This document shows positions 1 through 12,610 of a stretch of DNA of 64,000 nt, in pieces. This DNA comes from Octopus vulgaris (lineage: Eukaryota): assembly GCA_951406725.2 (NCBI GenBank), contig OX597815.1, forward strand, positions 91,202,001-91,266,000. Direction: 5' to 3'. The number at the start of each line of letters is the position of its first letter. The stretch's first letter is position 1. The position numbers were made by a program, and so were the translations under genes. Below the pieces are notes generated by a model, which worked only from the letters and a program-made list of their open reading frames with translations, did not search any database and had not been told where the DNA came from.

Positions 1-333
1 AATCGTTGCCAGTGTCGCCTTACTGTGGCACATGAAAAATAACATTCGAGCATGATCATTGCCAGTGCTGCCTGACTGGCTCCCATTCAGGTGGCACATA
101 AAAAACATCTTTTGGGTGTGGTCGTTGCCAGTACCGCCTGACTGGCCCTCATGCCGGTGGCACGTAAAAGCACCCACTACACTCTCAGAGTGATTGGTGT
201 TAAGAAGGGCATGCAGCTGTAGAAACTTTGCAGATCAGATTGGATCCTGGTGCAGCCTTCTGGCTTGCTAGACCTCAGTCAAACCGTCCAACCCATGCCA
301 GCATGGAAAGCGGACGTTAAACGACGATGATGA
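1..333 (+). mobile_element. 3' tail of an RTE-associated repeat (~60-bp units, conserved tail, (GAT)n end)
   Basis: About three decayed units with GGCAC..AAAA and a GCCAGT..ACTGGC hairpin, then the tail CACCCACTACACTC...AAGAAGGGCATGCAGCTGTAGAAA...AACCCATGCCAGCATGGAAA...GATGAT. The same tail follows RTE ORF ends at ~24320 and ~59030. Other copies: ~2085-2340(-), 12190-12430(+), 13790-13900(-), 33800-34005(+), 37710-37880(-), 59550-59765(+), 59935-60250(-). Confidence 0.75.
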
Positions 334-334
334 C

Positions 335-373
<39 letters not shown>

Positions 374-1306
374 TGTATTTATATAAGTATGCACATATGT
401 ATGTATTATGTATATTTATATATAAATATACATATGTATATATATATATATATATATATACATATATATATTGTGTGTGTGTGTGCATGTGTTATTTATG
501 TAATTTATTTAGTATGTTTAGTTATGTATTTCGTTAGTTGCAATTAATTATTAACATTTTCTTTTCTTCTTTTTCTTTGTCTATATACTAACCTTTGGTG
601 AAAGGTTAAAAAGATATCCACTCACAAAACTTCTAACTAAGAATGAAACTATTCATTTGAAATAAGCTGTCGGACAGTTTGGTATTTAATATTCCATAAG
701 AAAATTACTGAAACATGTAACATAAAACTGACTCATTGCATTTGCTAGATTTCGGTAGCTAAGCCAAAATATAACCCATTATCATGAAACCATCAGAAGC
801 TTATGCTTTTAAGATTTATTAGAGCAGATCCAAAAACACCAATTACTGATTTTCTTCTCTGCTACTCGTTATTAATGGAAATTATATGCTGCTACCAAAA
901 TGCGATTCCTAAATTCGTAAAGCCTAAACATGAAGTATTTGATGCAATTACTATATTTGTGTATGTGCGTCAGTGTCTGTCAGAGATACATGTGTGTGTA
1001 TGGGGGGGGGGTTGTATCTGTATTTGTGCAAGTGTGTATGCATGTAAATCACATATATATATACACATGCACATATAATATATATATGCATGTGTGTGTA
1101 TATATATATATACACACACACATATATATACACACACACACACATGTACATATATATATATGTGTATGTATATGTATATATATATATATTTTTATATATA
1201 TATACACATACAAATGTATATATAATCTAATGTATCATACATTATAGATGCATATTTATTCATATACAAGAGTTTGTGTGTGTGTATGTGTGACCACGTA
1301 TATCCA

Positions 1307-1341
<35 letters not shown>

Positions 1342-1804
1342 ACACTTAAATGCAAAAGCACACATATCACACACAGACACGCACATATACATATGTATAC
1401 ATGCAGAGACAAACACACACACACATATATATGTATATGTAAATATGCATGTATGCATTTATGTATGTATATATATATACACATACACACCCATAAGTAT
1501 ACACATAAGCATATAGACACATAGACACATGCCATGTGCAAGAAGAACACCAAGGAAGAATTGGAATGAAGTGGTGAAGAATGCTCTTAAAGTTTTGCAT
1601 CTCATGAAGGAAATGACAGAGGACAGTGATGATTGGCAATGCACATTGCTGGAGGAAACCTGGTCACTCATGCATGCATAACAAATCCTATGTGAAAATG
1701 TGGATAGTAATAATGGCTGTGATATATGATACAAAAAATTCTTTCACAAATATATATATGTAAAAAAGATAAGTGATAGAAAATGTATTGGACAACATTC
1801 TTTA

Positions 1805-1945
1805 TTTAAAATCGTACAATTGTTTTGACACCTTTTTTACATTCATAGTACATTGGTGTGATGTTGTGTTATCAATACCACCATGCAAGGTGTAAGATGT
1901 GCCTCCACGGGTGACTGTTTAGATAAGTTCTTCATAAGATTCTGC
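1805..1945 (-). ncRNA. decayed type I hammerhead ribozyme remnant (PLE pseudo-LTR-like)
   Basis: Minus strand reads gaat-CTTATGA-(~105 nt)-gtc-AAAAC-AATT-GTA-cgatt. Each core half is one substitution from CTGATGA / GAAAC, and stem III is the palindrome ACAATTGT. Confidence 0.4.
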
Positions 1946-3537
1946 TGTCATGACAGTAGGATACAGTAGCGAAAGCATTTCCACTGTATGAGGACATCAA
2001 GTAGCCAATAAACTGAGGATGAACTTTGCATAGCATACTACAAAGTTTCTATCCAAATCTTATTTAATTATATACATTATCATCATTATCATCAATTAAC
2101 ATCCGTTTTCCATGCTGGCATGGGTTGAATGGTTTGACTGAGGTCTGGAGAGCCAGTGGCTGCACCAAGCTCCAATCTGATTTGGCAAAGTTTCTATAGC
2201 TGCATGCCCTTCCTAACGCCAACCACTCCAAGAGTGTAGTGGGTGCTTTTTACGTACCACCAGCATAGGATTTGGAATTGACCACGTTCAGATGGTGCTT
2301 TTACATACCACCAGTCAGGGGGGACCAGCCCCAGCTACAATATTGGTTTTACTTGACTCAACAGGTCTTCTCAAGTATATCATATCGCTCAATGCATCAG
2401 GGGTATTCTTAACATCTCAGAACGTACAAACGAACTAAATGCTGCTAAGCACATCTCATGCAGGCTACCCACACTGCATACCTCACACTATGGCAATTTA
2501 TCTTGTAAATGAGTAACTTTGCTCTTTAGTCCTATACTTTCTTCTTTCTTCTAGCTTGCTCAGGTTTTATACTACTGTTAGTGAGATGATGACCCAATGA
2601 AAATAGATTGAGCAATTCAATCTATATTTCACACATTATTTCATAACAGGCTGTTGGCTGGTAATTTTTACCTTAGATAAGTTTTAGCTTTTATATTTTA
2701 TCATTGAATTGTTTCAGTCATTAGATTGAAGCCATGCTGGGGCACTTCATCAATGTCTTTTGCCAAACAGCTAACTTATGGGGACGTAAACACATCAACA
2801 CCACTTATCAAGAAGTGGTGGAGGACAAACACAACAAACACACACACACACACACACACATACAAACAACGAACTTCTTTCAGTCTTTGTCTACCAAATC
2901 CACTCATAAGCCCAAGGCTATAGTAGAAGACGTGCAGTGGGACTGAACCTGAAATGATGTGGTTGGGAAGCAAGCTTGTTACTACGCAGCCATACCTTGA
3001 CCTATAAGTTGAATAATTTTTATTATTTTATGTGAAAACTAACGAAAGTTGATTATTTGGGTTCATTTATTGTATGATTGACTCTCTTTCCATTCAGTGT
3101 TATGAACAGTCAATGATAAAAGGTGAGATTCTAGTGTTCAACGGTGAGATTCTTGTACTTACCCTGGGATAAGTCCTGAGTCTGAGGCTTTTCCCATTAA
3201 TTTCAGAGGACTGTTCTCCAGTGCTATGAAATTAATCTACTTTTCTAAGTCATGAATTCCAAATCGCTTTTGTTCCATGTTTGCAGTAACTGTGTTCTAA
3301 TTCATCTACTTATATGGTTTGCTCACTAAACTGACCATTTTTCAACATGCAGATGTCCAGTTGCTTTCTAATTTTTGTATATATGCTTATATGTATGTAA
3401 AAACTCTGTTTGCGTATGTGTGTCTGTGTGTATTTACAGATATATACATATAAGCATAAAAAAAACATACATGAATACAGTTACGTATATATGTTGCATC
3501 CATTTATTAATATAAACAGAAACTCACTAACACCTTT

Positions 3538-3576
<39 letters not shown>

Positions 3577-5049
3577 ACACACACACTCACACACACACAG
3601 ATATATACACTATCTCTCACATTCTCTCTCTCACTCTCAGACACACACACACTCACTCACACACACATATTGATAGGCAAGAAATGAATTCAGTTCTGTA
3701 GTATTATATTTGATTATCATACATAAGTCAGGAGCACACAGAATAGCCACGTTTACCATATTTCTTTTAAAGGATTTAATCTATTCCCTGTGTAAAGAAC
3801 TATCATTGTCCTGTCACTTTTGTCAACCTTCAAGTCTCCATAAATACTTTGTGACGATCCATTCTTCCAAAAGTTTGTGTTAATTGTAGCTATTATGTCT
3901 GCAGATAAAAATATATCTGAATTCACTCACATTGACTCATATTCATTTACCTGTCTGCCTTTATACTTAACAGTGAAGATAATACGCTAGCTTTACAGAA
4001 CACTGTTTGCATTTTCCTGAATATTTCTGCCCATAAGAAAAGCACCAAGGTCTTTAATAGCTATACCAAAGTGTAATGGAATAAGATAAAGATTTTGTTT
4101 AAGTTTATCCCCTCCACTTACATATATACTGTCTTAGTTTATGTTCCTATATTCTTGCAATAAAGAACTCATTTAATATTTGAACAACATTTGAGAGAAA
4201 GGGAAGATGAAGTCAGCTGGCTATCAGAAAATATCCATTCTTCGTCTCCAGTGAGATAACCATTTGCAGTGATTGCATATAAAAGTAAGGAGAAGCTAGT
4301 GTAAGTGTTATTTCTATAGCGTCTTATTTATTCCTGAAAGCCATTGGGAGAGATAGTTCTTAATGAACGTAGGCTTTCTGAAACAGTACAACATAGCTTT
4401 AGATAGATTTCACCACAATTGTTTTCTTTCGTAGCTGAAATCCCACTGATTAGTAAAAGCACATTTTGTCTCAACAAATAGCTATTAGATATGCATTGCT
4501 GTAATTATTATAAATACTTTAACATACGCCATTATCATCATCATCATCATCATCAGTATCCACAACATCAGCATCCATATCGTCATGGTCGTTATCATCG
4601 TCGTCATCATCATCATCATCACCACCACCACCAGAAAGAGCAGCAACAATCGCAGCAATACATCAAACATTATCCATATCAACAGTTACCATCATTGTTT
4701 TGAAAATCAAGAACAGCAATAATATCAAAATCATTGATGCTACTGGAAGAATAAAAAGTTATAAACAACTTTCTGAGACCTGTCTTGTTTAACAAATGTA
4801 TATATTTGTACATATGAATATAGACAGATATAGATAGGTGTGTATGTATGTATGTATGTATGTATGTATGTATGTATGCATATGTCATCATTAACAATAT
4901 ATAAATATACGTATGTGTATGTATGTATACTCATATATATAAATATATGTACTCTACAAAAGTGTGAGTAACCTATCAGTTTAATGTAAAATTGTTTTTA
5001 TTATAACTGAACATAAAAACAACCATGTATGTATGTGTGTGTGTGTGTA

Positions 5050-5080
<31 letters not shown>

Positions 5081-5845
5081 ATGTATGTATGTATGTATGT
5101 ATGTATGTATGTATGTATGTATGTATGTATGTATGTATGTACGTACGTGTGTGTGTATGTATGTATGTATGTATGTATGTATGTATGCAGGTAGGTAGGT
5201 AGGTATGTGTGTGTGTGTATGTATGTATGTATGTATGTGTGTATGGATGTATGTATGTATTTATTCATATATATATATATATATATATATCATTATCATC
5301 ATTGCTATCATCAACACATCCAATTCTCCATGTTTGCATGTATTGGACAGGTCCATTCCAAAATGGCATCAGTGTCTCACTGTTTGTTGCATTCCATTTT
5401 CATCATTTTTATCAAGTTCAACAGTCATGAAATAAAAACTGAATTTCTTTCTGACTCACCCTCACTTGCATGCACACACACACATACACACTCACACATA
5501 GAATGAGACAGGTAAGCAATATATACTTTTATCTTTTAATTAAATACATATACAAAACAACGAAGTAATCTAAAAGAAATCAATTTACCTGCTAGAAATA
5601 GCAGTCATATTTTCTTCAAGTAACTTTCAACTTGTCTTTAAAAAAGGGAGGACACATATATGATATGAGTTTGGATCTCCTGCAGATAGGAAAAAGATGG
5701 AATGCTTTTGATCATGGTCTACTCAATCAATACTGGCCTAGGGTTAAACATGAACAACATACATATGCACATACATACATGTATACACATATATAGATAT
5801 ATATATACATGCATGCATACATACATACATACATACATACATACA

Positions 5846-5877
<32 letters not shown>

Positions 5878-5878
<1 letters not shown>

Positions 5879-7163
5879 GAGGGAGTACCCAGAAGCAACT
5901 GGAAACATTCTCTGTAGGATAAGCCCATTATAGTTCAGGCTTCCTCTGAGGTCATTTAATACAACCCTCAGGTATCAGTCTGCCAACCAGTAGTTTGTTT
6001 TGGTTTTGTAGTGCTTCTTCCCTGTTCATCGATGTTTTGCGTTGGCTGAAACGAAGGAACAGCATGCTTCCGTGTGAAATTTTTTCTGTTGGGGAAAACA
6101 GTGGCTGAAACAGTTGTCATGCTTCAGACAGCTTACAAGTATGTTGCCATGAACAAAACACAAGTTTATGAGTGGTTTCCACATTTTAGGAATGGTCACT
6201 TATCACCTGAAGACCAATCTCTTTTAGGGCAACCATCGACCTCCCGAACGAATGAAACATCACAACAATTGATGATCTGATCTTGGAGGACTATCGCCGA
6301 ACAATTGACGTACTTGTCAATATGACTGGTGTGTCCTGGAACCTCTACCAACAAATTTTGAGTGAGGTGTTGAGAATGAAAAAAGTTGCAGCAAAACTCG
6401 TGTCTCGCTTGCTCACGAAAGATCAAAGGCAGTTATGACTGAATGTGTGTTGTGAACTGAAAGAACAGTTGGAAGTTGATCTGAACCTTTTTTTCGAAGG
6501 TTATCACTGGTGGCAAAAGCTGGTGCTACAGCTACGACCTGGAAACGAAGCAGCAATCAATGGAAGCATTCAAAGTCACCACGCTCAAAAACAAGTGCGT
6601 CAAAGTAAAGTACAATGTCAAGACGATGCTGATTTGTTTCATTGGTTCGAAAGGAATTGTCCTTACAGAATTTGCTCCTTCTGGTCAAACTGTTTACCAG
6701 ACATTTTACTTGGAAGTTTTGAAGCATTTATGAGATGCGGTGAGACAAAAAAGCCCCGACCCGTGGCAAAGTGGAGAGTCGTAGTTTCATCACAATGATC
6801 TGCCTGCACACATCGCCTTGAGCGTGCGACAGTTTTGACCCAAAATGGCATAACCCCGCTTACCTACAATCTAAATTTCCCTGATCTTGCTCCCTGCGAC
6901 TTTCTTGGTTCCCCCGAATAAGAAAAGTCTTTAAAGGAAAACATTTTGCAGATGTTGAAGAGGTGAAGAAAAAAAATGACGAAGGTGTTAAAAGGCATCA
7001 CATTGCAAGAGTTCAAGGACTGCTTCGAACAATGGAAATTGCATCTGGACCAACGCGTTGCTTCAAATGGAGAATACTTTGAAGGAGATAAAAGACTAAA
7101 CCTGTAAATCTTAGTGAATGAAATAATATTGCAAATTTCTGGTTTTATTTGGGTACCCCCACA
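5878..7163 (+). mobile_element. full-length decayed mariner transposon (DD34D, irritans-like)
   Basis: ~1.29 kb flanked by TA, with imperfect TIRs (tgagggagtacccagaagc / tttgggtacccccaca). Frameshifted transposase motifs: KTQVYEWF (HTH), VITGGKSW (~ITGDESW), HHNDLPAH (~HDNAPAH) and PDLAPCDF. Confidence 0.9.
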
Positions 7164-7169
7164 TATATA

Positions 7170-7370
7170 CAGTTATAGCCAAAAGTTTGGAACATAGGCC
7201 TGAAAATTAGAATTTTTATATTAAATATTCGAAGTTATATCTAATATATAAATGGGCATTGGATGAGTTATTAGGTCAGTATATCTCTATGTTGTATATT
7301 TGAATCGAATCGTACTTGGTATAACAATTTTAATATTTAAAAAAATTTTCTAAACTTTTGGCCACAACTG
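7170..7370. mobile_element. Tc1/mariner-type MITE
   Basis: TIRs CAGTTATAGCCAAAAGTTT / AAACTTTTGGCCACAACTG, TA on both sides, 201 bp, no ORF. Confidence 0.8.
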
Positions 7371-7896
7371 TATATATATATATATGTATATTTCTTTATT
7401 GCCCACAAGAGGCTAAACATAGAGAGAGAAACAAGGATAGACAAAGGGATTAAGTCGATTACATCGACCCCAGTGTTGTAACGGACGACAATAAAAACAT
7501 ACGGACAGATAGACGATACAAAGACGAACAGGAAAAACCAGGACGGATCATTCGTGGCCTTCTGTTCATCAGTCAAGTTTCCAATTATTATAACAGTTTT
7601 GACCTGTTACATTTGGGACTGTTCAAAGTTGGTTGGCCCCAGAAATCTAAGCTAAGAGCATTAAATTTTTGGAAGACAGCAAGTGAATGTGTATGACAAC
7701 ATAGACAAAAAAAAACGAGAAAAGGGAGAAAATATTACACGATTACAAATACAAGCAACAAATACAAGACAACAGGTGTCTTTCAACTAATAAGGACGTG
7801 TTAATTTGAGCTGGCATGTGGAGTGAAAGCCTTGAGGCACAAACAGAGGAAAGTCAGGAGAATAAGGTGTATGGGCGGCGGTCATGTATATATATA

Positions 7897-8712
7897 TTAG
7901 GTCATCCCATAAGTTTTGTCCGATTTTAACTTTTTTTAAATTGAATGAAATTTAATAGTATTTCAGAATGTCTGATGGAATTAAAAACTATTCTTATGCA
8001 TTTGTGTATATTTAAACCAATTAAATATTATTTTGCAGAATAATAGAACTGAAATTTCTTTGATTAAAACCCTTTCTAGCATGGAAGTATCCAAAGAGCA
8101 TAGAGGCAAATAATGCTTTATGAATACAAAAATGGATACTCTGCAGCTGAAGCGACTCGAAACATACACTCAGTTTATGGGAAAGAACGGTTGAATGAAA
8201 GAACTTGCAGAAGATGGTTTGCAAAATTCAGAAGTGGAGATTTCAGCCTTGAAGATGAAGATCGAACAGGACGTCCAGTTGAGTTTGATAAGCTCCTTGA
8301 GGCATTACTTGAAGAAAATTCTGCATTATCAGTTGAAGAATTGGCAATAAAGCTTAGTTCAAACCATACAACTGTTCATCGTCGTCTTCAACAACTTGGA
8401 AAGGTTCTTAAACTTGGAAAATGGGTGCCTCAGGAATTGTCCGAAAGCAACCGCAAATCCGGAGTTGACATCTGCTCTTCTCTCCATTCTCACGAACTCA
8501 TTTCACCCGTTTAGATAGACTTGTGACTGGTGACAAAAAATGGATCTTCTATCGAAATGTTAAATGTCGTAAACAATAAAAGGGAAAAGGTTCAACCACA
8601 ACCGAGAAGGGAACTTCATGGGAAAAAGGTTCTTCTCTCTATCTATTAATTGTTACCACTTAATGCAACAATCAATGCTCAAGTCTACTGTCAGCAATTA
8701 GAGCGTTTGGGT
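7897..8712 (+). mobile_element. 5' part of a mariner transposon (truncated transposase pseudogene)
   Basis: TA-flanked left end ttaggtcatcccataagt. ORF 8113-8514 has the HTH (ERTCRRWFAKFRSGDFSLEDEDRTGRP) and WVPQEL (WVPHEL motif), followed by VTGDKKWI after a frameshift. No right TIR seen. Confidence 0.9.
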
Positions 8713-8847
8713 TGAAGTGTTTCCAATACATTGATAGAGAGGGAAGATTTGGTATTTATTTTTTTTGTCTACGGGGCATTGGTCTAGGTGCTGGCTAACA
8801 GGAATTTTCCTAGTTGAGGAGTCCCGGATTTGTTATAAATATGTATG

Positions 8848-8894
<47 letters not shown>

Positions 8895-9053
8895 TTCCGT
8901 CTACCAAATCATCTACTCACAAGGCTTTGGTCGGTCCAAGGCTATAGTAGAAGACACTCGCCCACGGTGCCATACAGCGAGACTGAACCCGGAACTATGT
9001 GGTTGGTAGGCAAGTTACTTACCACATAGCCACTCCTGCATCTATATATTTAC

Positions 9054-9093
<40 letters not shown>

Positions 9094-9114
9094 CACATAT
9101 ATATATACATATAT

Positions 9115-9167
<53 letters not shown>

Positions 9168-9542
9168 CTGACAGACAGACAAACATATAGCTGTGCTTTT
9201 ATGGATGTGTAGGCGTAATAGTATGTAGAACTTTTCACAAGGTGATAGACATATATATCCACATTTGGATGACATCACAACTCACATAAATCAGCATTTC
9301 TCCAACATTTCTACTTTTGGTTATAACTGAAGATCACAGGTATCCATTCAGACACATGCAATAAAACATTTGATTATATGGTTGCTTACCTACACATATA
9401 GCATGACTATAATTAAGCGTTGTGCTTGTTAATGTTGATACATGTGAGTCAGCTCATGCATGCATGTGTTTCTGAAAGCATAATAAAGCACAATGTTTAA
9501 ATGATATGATATTAAGGATGACTGTATATGATGTGTGTGTGT

Positions 9543-9575
<33 letters not shown>

Positions 9576-9957
9576 GATGTATGTATGTATATGTTTGTGT
9601 GTATGTGAATATATATGGGTGTATAAATACACATCCTTGTTAGGGTGTGTGACAGACGAGATGTGCAGTGTGTTTGTGTACTTCGTGGGGCTGAGTATTG
9701 GACTGTGTGTGTGCATGTGTATGTATGTATGAATGTATGTATGTATGTATGTATGTATGTATGTATGTATGTATGTACATAGGTGCTGGCATGGCTATGT
9801 GGTAAGAAGCTTGCTTCCCAACCACATGTACGTGCAAAAGTGAAATTAATCACAAAACATAAAATCCGGGCGGCAGGTATTATTACCCTGCCTAAAAGAT
9901 TGAATGTTGATCATCTTAGGTGTAATAGTGTGAAGAGAACTTTATATGAGTAAATGA

Positions 9958-10510
9958 ATGTTGCAGATATTGGAGAGAATTGGCCGACCCTTAAAAAGTC
10001 AGGAAAGTTCTGGGACTGATACAAAGAAGCATCAAGATTGGTTTAAAGAAAATGAGGAACATACAGATGATTTATTGGCTGATAAAAGACATACTTTGTC
10101 ACACTATTTGTCAGCAAAGCCACAGGAGAGGGAAGTGATGCATAGGGAACTCAAGGATGTGAAAGCATGTGTGAGGTGGAGGCTCTCTCAGATGTGATAC
10201 ATGGTGGAGTAAGAAGGCTGAAGAGATACAGGCAGTGTTGGATTCCGATAACACAAAGCTGTTGTATGATCTCTTGCGAGAAGTTTATGGACCAAATTCT
10301 CTGATGATACCACTTCGAAGCAGAGATGGTAAAGAACTTCTTTGTGATTCACAAGGAATTCTGCAAAGGTGGCAAGAACACTTTGGTGAACTTTTGAATA
10401 AGCAGTCTGTAGTTAGTGAGGATGTTCTTAATCTTGTCCCTGAGTTACCTGTGAAGGCAGCTCTTGTGGAACCACCAAAGCTGGAAGAAGTTCTGGTGGC
10501 TCTCTCTCTC
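9958..10510 (+). pseudogene. RTE/BovB-like LINE ORF fragment (endonuclease-RT linker)
   Basis: KHQDWFKENEE, LYDLLREVYGP and ILQRWQEHFGELLN match RTE-clade linker motifs; stop-interrupted. Confidence 0.75.
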
Positions 10511-11178
10511 AAGGTCGCTCTCTCTCTCTCTCAAGGTGGCTCTCTATGCACATATATCATTTAATGTCCACTTTTCCATGCCTCCATGGATCAGACGAGA
10601 TTTCTTGCAGCAGATTTTCTCCTGGCAGACGGCTTTCCTGTCGCCAACCCTCACCTGTTTCCAAACAAGGTAGCATTTCTCCATGGCCAGACATTTTTTT
10701 TTCATGGAGTACTGGAAACAACCAGCCTCACTTGTAAGACGATGATGCTCATTTGCAACCACCATGTGATGTGTAGACATGGGTACATGCTAATAAAAAC
10801 ACAGACACACATACATACATATACATAATATACATACATTACATACAAACATGTATATATATATAGTCCACAGATAAGATCCAGAGATTCTCAGTATAGC
10901 AAACACTTAGTAGTGCTCAAAAGATTCAAACTTAGACTCCATTGTCTTTACAAGGGATCGATTCTGAAAGGTGAAGAGGGATCAAGTTAAGTGGCAAAAG
11001 AAACCTATAGATTAAGTACCAGACTTTAAAAAATAAGTACTGTGCTTGATACATTCAACTGAAAATTCTTTAAGGTGGTTCTCCAGCATGGCTGCAATCT
11101 AATGACTGAAACAAGTAAAAGATAATGATAAAAGATATGTATATATATATGAATATATGTCCATTTGATTAGTGTAGT

Positions 11179-11285
11179 TTATATCTTTCCTGATGAGATT
11201 GATGCACAGCTGACCATAATTCTTCCTGTCATATGTATGTTCAATGCATCTATCGAAACATATGTAGAAGATAGGAAGATATAAA
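11179..11285 (+). ncRNA. type I hammerhead ribozyme, intact core
   Basis: CTGATGA at 11190-11196. Stem II GATtGATGCA/TGCATCtATC begins with G10.1-C11.1. GAAA at 11255-11258, palindromic stem III ACATATGT, cleavage triplet GUA at 11264-11266, stem I TATCtTTC/GAAGATA. Confidence 0.85.
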
Positions 11286-11471
11286 TGTTTTAATAACATC
11301 CTGAGCGTTTGTCTCCTTTTTCAATTTTTCCAGTTTTCTCCTAAATACGAATCAAACCACACAGAAGTGTGTTCATTGTTTCCTAGGACACTTAAGCAAC
11401 ATTTAGCTATCTTGTAATTATTCCCTTGGATATTTCCTATAAATTGCACACTCATACATACATACATACAT

Positions 11472-11555
<84 letters not shown>

Positions 11556-11702
11556 CATCATCATCATCATTTAGCTTATATTGCTGGTATATTGCAATCC
11601 AAATAACCAGGAGTAAAACTCAATATACATATGCTTCACAACAAAATGTTAGTCAAGTACAAAACAGTAATAATAAAATGAGATAACAAAAGAATAAACA
11701 AT

Positions 11703-11760
11703 TATCTTATGTTTCTGCTATAACACCTGAGTAACACCTGATAGCTTCATCAGAGCTTCA
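11703..11760 (-). ncRNA. decayed hammerhead ribozyme
   Basis: Minus strand: gaagct-CTGATGA-a-GCTAT-(loop)-ATAGC-a-GAAAC-at-aagat. Core and stem II are present; the GU of the cleavage triplet is missing. Confidence 0.55.
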
Positions 11761-12497
11761 AATATGAAATACAATTTATTTGAGTAAAGAATTACATTTA
11801 TGCATACTCACAGGAAAAAGCATTAGCAATGAGAAAGCAAACGTGTATGTGGGGTATTTCAGCTGAGTTATATTAGTAATTCAAAGGCCAACTTTGTTAC
11901 ATTCTGTGTCTTACTGAATTTCTCTCAGAATTCATTAAGTGTATACATGTTCATGGAGTGCTCAGCTATTTGCATACTAATTTCATGAGCAAGCTGTTCT
12001 ATTGATCAGATCAGCTGAAGCACCCATTTTAACCAACAGGGTGTCAGTTTATTTACATATATAAGGATGACCTCAGGACACTGAACCTTATGGAGGAGAT
12101 GACAAAGGACCAAGAAATTTGGTGCCTTGCTGTACTCAAGAATTGTTAAGGCTGCTCCCTCTGATTAATAGGATTGACCTGCAAGAGTTCTATGCTGGTG
12201 CCACATAAAAGCACCTGTGCCAACGTCATGTAAGAATACTCATGCCAGTGCAACATTAAAAGCACCCACTGTAAAGTGGTTGATGTTAGAAAGGGTATCC
12301 AGTTGTAGAAATCAAGCTAAATCAGAATGAAACCTAGTGCAGTGCTCCAGCTTGCCAACTCTGGTCAAACCATCCAACCCCTACCAGTATGGAAAAAGAG
12401 ATGCTAAAGGATGATGATGATGATGATGATATATATATATATAGAATCGAATGTAGAAATACATAAATCCAGAGGTGAAGCACACTCTAAGATGTAA

Positions 12498-12610
12498 TAT
12501 TATAGTGGGGTAGGCCAGTTTACGGGGTCTGAGGATATGCTGTAAGGCTAAACCCCTTATGAGCAAGAAACCCAGGGTAACCCTATAAACCAGCCTACCC
12601 CACTATAACA
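12498..12610 (+). ncRNA. type I hammerhead ribozyme with ~30-bp stem I
   Basis: CTGAGGA at 12529-12535. Stem II TGCT..TAAGG/CCTTA..AGCA, GAAA at 12567-12570, stem III ACCC-A-GGGT, GUA at 12577-12579. Stem I TTATAGTGGGGTAGGCcaGTTTAcGGGGT pairs with ACCCTaTAAACcaGCCTACCCCACTATAA. Confidence 0.8.

Noticed and set aside
4491-4703. His/Gln-rich ORF and many HT/YI/CV-rich ORFs
   Set aside because: Translations of (CAT)n, (CA)n, (TA)n and (TG)n microsatellites.
7535-7600. CTGATGA on the minus strand in a PLE-end-like repeat
   Set aside because: Followed by GAAT rather than GAAA, with no convincing stems I or II.
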